NCBI GenBank assembly: GCA_052390515.1
Contig: JBQTGV010000154.1
Location: 1-35,163 of the forward strand
Length of the DNA stretch: 35,163 nucleotides
Source of the DNA: Candidatus Eiseniibacteriota bacterium
GTDB taxonomy: Bacteria; ARS69
Direction of reading: 5' to 3'
The notes under the pieces are model-generated. The model made no database searches, was not told the DNA's origin, and saw only the letters and a program-made list of their open reading frames with translations. Positions 29,238-35,163 of the stretch are shown here, piece by piece. The number at the start of each line of letters is the position of its first letter. Positions within the stretch are counted from its first letter, which is position 1. The translations under genes were made by a program, and so were the position numbers.

Positions 29238-29323
29238 CCCCCCTGTGCAATCTTCGCCGCCCTTGGAGGAAACGCGGCGTCCTCTGGCCTGGCCCCGCGC
29301 CGCTCTCGGCGTGGCCTTCGGCC

Positions 29324-29896
29324 CTACTCGCTCCCGGTGCTCGCCGCGCCCTCGGGAATCGGGTGGGCTATCAGGGCCGAGAACTTCGCGAAGTCGAACT
29401 CCTTGTAGAAGGGGTTCCCCTCGGGGGTGTGGCACACCGTGCACGTCTTCGCGTCGGGGATCACCAGGCCGACCGATGCCGGCTCGATCTCGCCCGCCGT
29501 GAGCCCTTCCATCGTCGCCTTCTTCTGGTAGCCGCTCCCCGCGCCGTGGCAGCTCTCGCAGGAGACGCCCTCCTCGAGCGTGATCTTCGCCGTCGTGTCG
29601 GCCATCACGGCGAAGGCCGTGGCGTGGCACTTCAGGCACTCCGGCGCGGTCTGAGGGTTCTCGATACCCAGCTTCGCCGCCTCCGCCTTCGCCTCCGGGC
29701 TGGCGAGGGTCTCGAAGGCCTTCGCGTGCAGGCTCTTCTCCCAGATGCCGAACTGATCGCCGGTCTCGGGCTTCTTGTGGCAGATCTTGCATTTCTTCAC
29801 GCCGATGTACTCGTACTCCCCGCCGGCGCTGGCGGCGCCCGGGGCGGTCAGAAGCGTGGCGAGAGCGACGATCGAGATCCAGGCCGTGGCGCGCAT
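29324..29896 (-). CDS. Periplasmic tetraheme cytochrome c (c554/c-552-like family)
   Basis: AAGGAG RBS, signal peptide; four CxxCH motifs (CKICH, CLKCH, CESCH, CTVCH); Y.G.K.C..CH, W..S.HA.A and EGV.CESCHG.GS.Y patterns. Confidence 0.9.
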   Translation of the reverse strand: MRATAWISIVALATLLTAPGAASAGGEYEYIGVKKCKICHKKPETGDQFGIWEKSLHAKAFETLASPEAKAEAAKLGIENPQTAPECLKCHATAFAVMADTTAKITLEEGVSCESCHGAGSGYQKKATMEGLTAGEIEPASVGLVIPDAKTCTVCHTPEGNPFYKEFDFAKFSALIAHPIPEGAASTGSE

Positions 29897-29984
29897 CCCT
29901 GTCTCCTTCACTGGCGTCCTGAGGGCCGTGTCGACCGGAAAGGTATCCAAATCAGAGCCGGTGGTCCAGATACACGAGATCGCG

Positions 29985-30012
29985 GGTAGTGGGTCATTTT
30001 GGACCCACTACC
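29985..30012. repeat. Perfect 11-bp inverted repeat upstream of the cytochrome gene (operator or terminator)
   Basis: GGTAGTGGGTC-ATTTTG-GACCCACTACC, flanked by AGATCGCG direct copies (29977-29984, 30013-30020). Confidence 0.7.
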
Positions 30013-30088
30013 AGATCGCGCCCGGTGCCGCGCAGTCGACGGGTGAGCGCCCGACCGGGACTCGGTGGAGGCTCGGGCCGGCTGGATC

Positions 30089-31582
30089 TCAGCGCGTCAG
30101 GGCGACCCGCCGGCCGGCTACGTCGCTCCCCGCCTGGGCGCGGAGGAAGTAGACGCCGGAGGCCACCGCCGCGCCGGCCGCGTCGCGGCCGTCCCACCCG
30201 AGGACGACCGGAGCCTCCTCGGCTACACCCCCGTGCAGGCGCCGGATGAGCCGGCCCGACGCGTCGTACACGCCGACGCGGATCACCGTGCCGGCCCGCG
30301 CGACGACCTCGAAGCGCGTGTCTGCCGAGAACGGGTTCGGCCGGGGCAGACCCAGTCGGATGCCGTTCGCTGTTTGCTGGGCCTCCGGAACAGCGGCGGC
30401 CGGGTCGGGGACGATCTTCCAGACCTCGCCCGGAACGTTCGTGCGGTACTCGACCACATACAGCTCGCCGTCGTCGTCCTGCCAGAAGGAAGCGGGAAAC
30501 CGGATCGCATTGGTCGGCCCGACGTCCAGCGCCGTGCTCCAGTCGGTCAGCTCCGAGAGCACCCCGTTCTCGTAACGGAAGCTCCAGATCTTGTGCCAGC
30601 TCTCATCGGCGAAGAAGTAATGACCGTACAGGAACGAAGGCAATACCGAGCCGCGGTAGACGTAACCGCCGACCACCGCATGGTTGGTGAACAGCGTGTG
30701 CGCGTACTCGTGGATCGGCAGCGTCAGTGTGCCGTCGTCGCAGTCCGTCGGCGGATTGAAGCAGGCCGACGCCTCCATCAAGGGCCAACCATAGTTCTCG
30801 CCGCCTGTGCTCGAGGCGGGCTGGAAGTCGACCTCCTCGAAGACCGAGTTCCCGACGTCCCCGATGTAAAGGTCACCGGTGAGACTATCGAACGTGTACC
30901 TCCAGGGGTTGCGGAAGCCGAATGCCCAGATCTCGTCCGACGTTCCCGGGTTCGACACGAACGGATTGTCCGGAGGGATGGAGTAATTCCTGAGGCTGTC
31001 CGACGGGAAGTCGTCGCCATGCGGATCGATGCGGAGCATCTTGCCGAGCAACGACGTCGGATTCTGCGAGAGATGCCCGCCCGTGCCGCCGTCCCCGAAG
31101 CCAATCCAGAGATACCCGTCCGGCCCGAATACGAGGTTCCCGGCGTTGTGGCTCGGCGACGGCTGCGCCACCTCGAGGATCTGGTGGCCGCTGTTCTCGT
31201 CGGCGGAGTCGGGGTTGGAGGAAACCGTGTAGCGCCGCACGAAGGAAGTGCCGTTGACCGTTCCGGCGGTGTAGTTCACGTAGAAGTATCCGTTCGTCGC
31301 GTAGTCGGGATCGAAGACCATCCCGAGCAGACCCTGCTCCCAGAGCGTCTGGTGGACCACGCCGGTGAGATCCAGGAACCAGGTCGGGAGCAGCGCCCCG
31401 TTCTTGAAGACGCGGATCTCGCCCAATTGTCCGACCACGAACAGCCGGTCGTCGTCGGGGGGTGCACAGACGTGCAGCGGAAAGTTCACGTTCTGGATGA
31501 TGCTGACGGCTCGGATTTGCGCCGCCGCGGGTGCCGCGGCGGCGGCGAGAAGCAGGAGCGATGCAATCCGACGAACGGCCAT
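30089..31582 (-). CDS. Secreted glucose/sorbosone dehydrogenase (GSDH, PQQ-dependent sugar dehydrogenase-like) propeller with FlgD-Ig/T9SS-like tail, paralog A
   Basis: GGGAGG RBS, signal peptide; EQGLLG..FDPDY..NG.FYV.YT, HNAG.L.FGPDGYL..G.GDGG, GK.LRID, EIWAFGFRNPWR..FD, ENYGWP; PNPF..WDGRD..GVYFLR tail. Confidence 0.9.
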   Translation of the reverse strand: MAVRRIASLLLLAAAAAPAAAQIRAVSIIQNVNFPLHVCAPPDDDRLFVVGQLGEIRVFKNGALLPTWFLDLTGVVHQTLWEQGLLGMVFDPDYATNGYFYVNYTAGTVNGTSFVRRYTVSSNPDSADENSGHQILEVAQPSPSHNAGNLVFGPDGYLWIGFGDGGTGGHLSQNPTSLLGKMLRIDPHGDDFPSDSLRNYSIPPDNPFVSNPGTSDEIWAFGFRNPWRYTFDSLTGDLYIGDVGNSVFEEVDFQPASSTGGENYGWPLMEASACFNPPTDCDDGTLTLPIHEYAHTLFTNHAVVGGYVYRGSVLPSFLYGHYFFADESWHKIWSFRYENGVLSELTDWSTALDVGPTNAIRFPASFWQDDDGELYVVEYRTNVPGEVWKIVPDPAAAVPEAQQTANGIRLGLPRPNPFSADTRFEVVARAGTVIRVGVYDASGRLIRRLHGGVAEEAPVVLGWDGRDAAGAAVASGVYFLRAQAGSDVAGRRVALTR

Positions 31583-31602
31583 GGTGCCTCCCTGAGGGTC
31601 CC

Positions 31603-31632
31603 AGGCTAAGGCGCGGCACGGGCCGAGTTCAA
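31603..31632 (-). promoter_or_regulatory. Putative internal sigma70 promoter for GSDH paralog A
   Basis: TTGAAC (31632-31627), 18 nt spacer, TAGCCT (31608-31603), then GGGAGG RBS. Confidence 0.5.
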
Positions 31633-31681
31633 GTCGAGGCCCAGCCCGGGGGCAGACGGCGCCCTCGACCCCGTGGCCTGT

Positions 31682-33178
31682 CTAACGCAGCAGCGCGATG
31701 CGCCTGCTCGAAACATCTTCTCCCGCCTTCGCCCGGAGGAAATAGACGCCCGCTGCTGCGGCACCACCCGCCGCGTCGCGGCCGTCCCAGTCCAGTGCCA
31801 GAGGAAGATCCGCCGCCGTCCCTGCGTGGAGGTGACGCACGAGCCTCCCCGTGGCGTCGTACACTCCGACATCGAGAGCCGCGCCCGCCGGCGCCACGAC
31901 CTCGAAGCGCGTCTCCGCCGAGAACGGGTTCGGCCGCGCCGGACCGAGCAGCAACTCGCCGGCGATCGGAGCCGGCGGTACGCTCGACGCCGGATCGGGG
32001 ATGATCTTCCACACTTCGCCGGGAACGGCAGTCCGGTACTCGACGACGTAGAGTTCGCCGTCGTCGTCCTGCCAGAAGGACGCTGGGAAGCGGATCGAGG
32101 CGGCGGGTCCCACATCCAGGGCCGCGCTCCAGTCGATCAGCTCGGTCAGCAGTCCGTTCTCGTAGCGGAAGCTCCAGATCTTGTGCCAGCTCTCGTCGGC
32201 GAAGAAGTAGTGCCCGTACAGGAACGAGGGCAGCACGGAGCCGCGGTACACGTATCCGCCCACGACCGCGTGGTTGGTGAACAGGGTGTGGGCATAGGCG
32301 TGGATCGGCAGCGTGAGCGATCCGTCGTTGCAGTCCGTGGGCGGCGTGAAGCAGGCCGTCCCCTCCATGAAGGCCCAACCGTAGTTTTCGCCGCCGGTGC
32401 TCGAGGCGGGCTGGAAGTCGATCTCCTCGAAGGCGTTCTGCCCCACGTCGCCGAGGTACAGATCGCCGGTGAGGCGGTCGAACGTATACCGCCACGGGTT
32501 GCGAAGGCCGAACGCCCAGATCTCGTCGAGCGTCCCGGGATCCGAGACGTACGGATTGTCCGCCGGGACCGAGTAGTTCCGGAGGCTGTCCGCCGGGAAG
32601 TCGTCGCCGTGGGGATCGATACGCAGGATCTTGCCGAGCCAGGTCGTGGGGCTCTGCGACGTGATCCCGCCCACGCCGCCGTCTCCCCACGCGATCCACA
32701 GGTACCCGTCCGGACCGAACACGAGATTGCCCGCGTTGTGGTTCGTCGCCGGCTGCGTCAGCTCCAGAATCTGGAGGCCGCTGTTCTCGTCCGCCGAGTC
32801 GGGGTTGGACGAAACCGTGTAGCGGCGGACGATGGACTTCCCGGCGCCGGCGCCGGTCGTGAAGTTCACGTAGAAGTACCCGTTCGTGGCGTAATCCGGA
32901 TCGAAGACCAGACCCAGCAAGCCCTGCTCGCCAAGCGTCTGGTGAACTTCCCCGGAGAGGTCCAAGAACCAAGTCGGGAGCAGCGCCCCATTCTCGAAGA
33001 CGCGCACCTCGCCCTTCTGTCCGACCACGAAGAGGCGGTCGTCCCCCGGCGGGGCGCAGACGTGGATCGGGTTGTTGACGTTCTGGATCACGCTGACGGC
33101 CTTGATCTGGGAGCGGGCCGGCAGGGCGAGAACGAAGCCGAGGAGGGTGAGTCCGACGATTGCGCGTGCACTTCTCAT
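31682..33178 (-). CDS. Secreted GSDH-like propeller with FlgD-Ig/T9SS-like tail, paralog B
   Basis: GGAGGT RBS, ATG 33178, signal peptide; same motifs as paralog A, with a colinear and highly similar catalytic domain. Confidence 0.9.
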   Translation of the reverse strand: MRSARAIVGLTLLGFVLALPARSQIKAVSVIQNVNNPIHVCAPPGDDRLFVVGQKGEVRVFENGALLPTWFLDLSGEVHQTLGEQGLLGLVFDPDYATNGYFYVNFTTGAGAGKSIVRRYTVSSNPDSADENSGLQILELTQPATNHNAGNLVFGPDGYLWIAWGDGGVGGITSQSPTTWLGKILRIDPHGDDFPADSLRNYSVPADNPYVSDPGTLDEIWAFGLRNPWRYTFDRLTGDLYLGDVGQNAFEEIDFQPASSTGGENYGWAFMEGTACFTPPTDCNDGSLTLPIHAYAHTLFTNHAVVGGYVYRGSVLPSFLYGHYFFADESWHKIWSFRYENGLLTELIDWSAALDVGPAASIRFPASFWQDDDGELYVVEYRTAVPGEVWKIIPDPASSVPPAPIAGELLLGPARPNPFSAETRFEVVAPAGAALDVGVYDATGRLVRHLHAGTAADLPLALDWDGRDAAGGAAAAGVYFLRAKAGEDVSSRRIALLR

Positions 33179-33458
33179 GGTGACCTCCGGAGGCCTCCCT
33201 GGGGGACGGACGGGACCCCTCCATGGTGAAGGGACGGATGGGTCCAAGTCCAGCGCTGACGCACGTCCCGGCCCCCGACCGATGCCCCTGGTGCTCCACA
33301 GAGCGCCCGGCCGCCCTGATCGTACGCGCGCCCGCCGACTGGAGGCCGCGTTTGCGGATTCCGCCCCTCTCCGGCGAGGGCGCCTTCACGGGTGGCGGCC
33401 CGCTCCCGGGGCGAAGGGCCCGCTTCGTCGGGTCACAGAAAGGCGGTACTCTCCCGCC

Positions 33459-34604
33459 ATGCGCTCCGCGCTCCCGCTCGCCGCACTCACCGCGATCTGC
33501 CTCACGTCGTGCTCGGACTCGCAGGCGCCCTCCGGCGACGACGGCGATCCGCTGACCCGGCTGCAGCCCACGGAGCCCCTGCCGCTCAGCCCGGGGAACG
33601 CGTCGGGACAGGACGAGGACCCGGCGATCCTCGTAGCGCGGGACGGGTCCCTCTTCGCCGCTTGGTACTCGAACCGCGCCGGGCTCCACGCCGACGGCCG
33701 CCAACGCAAGGAGCTCTTCGTGGCGCGCTCGACGGATGGAGCCGCCTGGACGAATCCTCCCGTGCAGGTGACCGACGAGCACGAGTGGAGCTTCTACCCG
33801 AGCCTGGCGCAGAGCGCGGACGGCGCCCTCCATCTCACGTGGATGCGGTGGCTCCTGCTGCCCCTCGACTGCGTACCGCAAGGGCCGAACTGCCCGGGCG
33901 ACCCGTCCTGCTGCACGGGTACGGACCGCCGCATCCGCTATGCGCGGTCACCGGACGGTCTCACCTGGGATCCCGCGGACGCGGTGGAGCTGACGCCCGG
34001 TCCGGCGGACGAGGTGGCGAGCCTCGTCGCCGCTTCCGACGGTCGCCTGCTCGTCTACTACGCGTCGGGGTTTCGAACCGGCGACCCGACGAAGCAGATC
34101 TGGCTCGTCGTCGGGAGCGGAGGAACGTGGTCCGCGCCGATGCCCGCCGCCGGAGTGAGCACGGGGCTCCACCACGACACGTTCCCCCACGTCGTCGAGC
34201 GCTCGCCCGGCGCCTTCCTGATGACCTGGACCCGCTACGATCTTGCGGACGGCGACAATCTGTTCAGCCAGTCCACCCGGACGATGCTCTCCACGTCGGC
34301 CGACGGTCTCGCCTGGACGGCTCCAGTCTCGCTCAACGAGGCCACCTACCTCACGACCATCGACGTGTTCCCACACCTCTATCCCGACCACGCCCGGCAG
34401 CGCTGGTACGTGGTCTGGGTGACAGAAGCGGGAACGGTGGACCTGCCCATCGACGGCACCTTCCCGGATGATCTGGTGACGCTGGACATCCCCGGCTACA
34501 CGCCGCGCGTCGCTCCCACAGCGACTCCGGGTATCTACTGGGCGGCGTGGGTGGACGGCGTCGAGCCCTTGCAGAAGGTCCGCTACCGCTTCTTCGAGAA
34601 GTGA
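33459..34604 (+). CDS. Lipoprotein with Asp-box (BNR/sialidase-like) beta-propeller
   Basis: Lipobox LTS|C; Asp-box-like RSTDGAAW, RSPDGLTW, TSADGLAW; recurrent blade starts (DEDPAI, SFYPSL, DTFPHV, DVFPHL). Confidence 0.8.
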   Translation: MRSALPLAALTAICLTSCSDSQAPSGDDGDPLTRLQPTEPLPLSPGNASGQDEDPAILVARDGSLFAAWYSNRAGLHADGRQRKELFVARSTDGAAWTNPPVQVTDEHEWSFYPSLAQSADGALHLTWMRWLLLPLDCVPQGPNCPGDPSCCTGTDRRIRYARSPDGLTWDPADAVELTPGPADEVASLVAASDGRLLVYYASGFRTGDPTKQIWLVVGSGGTWSAPMPAAGVSTGLHHDTFPHVVERSPGAFLMTWTRYDLADGDNLFSQSTRTMLSTSADGLAWTAPVSLNEATYLTTIDVFPHLYPDHARQRWYVVWVTEAGTVDLPIDGTFPDDLVTLDIPGYTPRVAPTATPGIYWAAWVDGVEPLQKVRYRFFEK

Positions 34605-35163
34605 CCCCCGAGGCGACCCTTCCAGCGGCGAAGCGCCCCGTCCACCTCGGCCGGAGCTGTCGACCCCAGCGTGCGCTTCGCCTCGACGGATCCGCGCGCG
34701 GTCAGCAGCCTTCGATCGAGACCGGCGAGACCCGCCTCGGCGAGCTCGTCCTCGCCGGCGTCGTCCAGCCCTCGCCCGGCGGACTCGCAGGCGGCCACGA
34801 GCCGGCCGATGCGCTGATGCGCTTCCCGGAAAGGGACGCCACGCCGCACCAGTTCCTCGGCCAGGTCCGTCGCCCCCGAGTGATCCGGTCCGCAGCTCCG
34901 CGGCGAGCGGAACGACGCGGACGACATCGCTCCGGCGAGCAGTACCGCGCAGTCCCGTGTCGTGTCGAACGCGTCGAAGAGCGCCGGCTTGTCTTCCTGC
35001 AGATCGCGGTTGTAGGCCAGCGGCAGCCCCTTGAGCAAAGAGTGCAGCGTCAGCAGCGCGCCGTGCACACGAGCCGTCTTGCCGCGCACCAGCTCGGCCA
35101 CGTCCGGGGTCCTCTTGTGCGGCAGCATGGACGATCCGGTGCACCAGGCGTCGCCGAGCCGCA
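34583..35163 (-). CDS. argH: Argininosuccinate lyase, 5'-truncated by the window end
   Basis: In frame from 35161: DAWCTGSSMLPHKRTPDVAELVRGK, LKGLPLAYNRDLQEDKPALFD, ATDLAEELVRRGVPFREAH..G.LV, GSTAP. Confidence 0.95.
   Translation of the reverse strand, partial: RLGDAWCTGSSMLPHKRTPDVAELVRGKTARVHGALLTLHSLLKGLPLAYNRDLQEDKPALFDAFDTTRDCAVLLAGAMSSASFRSPRSCGPDHSGATDLAEELVRRGVPFREAHQRIGRLVAACESAGRGLDDAGEDELAEAGLAGLDRRLLTARGSVEAKRTLGSTAPAEVDGALRRWKGRLGGHFSKKR

Noticed and set aside
29324-29896. Cytochrome c554 as evidence of ammonia or hydroxylamine oxidation
   Set aside because: No hao, amo or cycB here; c554-like domains are widespread outside nitrifiers
30089-33178. Assembly artefact duplicating the GSDH gene
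   Set aside because: The copies differ at many synonymous and non-synonymous sites and have different signal peptides and flanks

Overview
GC-rich bacterial chromosomal window, densely coding, with about 25 genes and no rRNA, tRNA, CRISPR array or mobile element that I can support. Gene order: pgl (partial), DoxX, secreted M43 metalloprotease (PKD + C-terminal sorting-type domain), large secreted S8 protease and its upstream small secreted helical protein (minus strand) divergent from an ECF sigma factor / membrane Ser/Thr kinase-TPR pair, DAACS symporter, TonB-dependent receptor, then a minus-strand operon cysA(+tandem USP fusion)-sbp-cysT-cysW-sensor kinase-OmpR regulator. After that come a HAMP membrane protein, a PilX-like protein, arfB, a small membrane protein, a triple beta-propeller/DUF11 secreted protein, a tetraheme c554-type cytochrome, two tandem paralogous GSDH-like propellers, an Asp-box lipoprotein and argH (partial). 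Five secreted proteins share a T9SS/FlgD-Ig-like C-terminal domain, which suggests (inference only) a high-GC FCB-group lineage such as Eisenbacteria/Krumholzibacteriota/Latescibacterota. The best candidate for an undescribed system is the sulfate-type ABC operon. Its ATPase carries two fused universal-stress domains, it is co-transcribed with a Cys-cluster PAS two-component system, and its promoter has phased OmpR/PhoB-style repeats. All calls come from motif reading by eye; no database searches were run.
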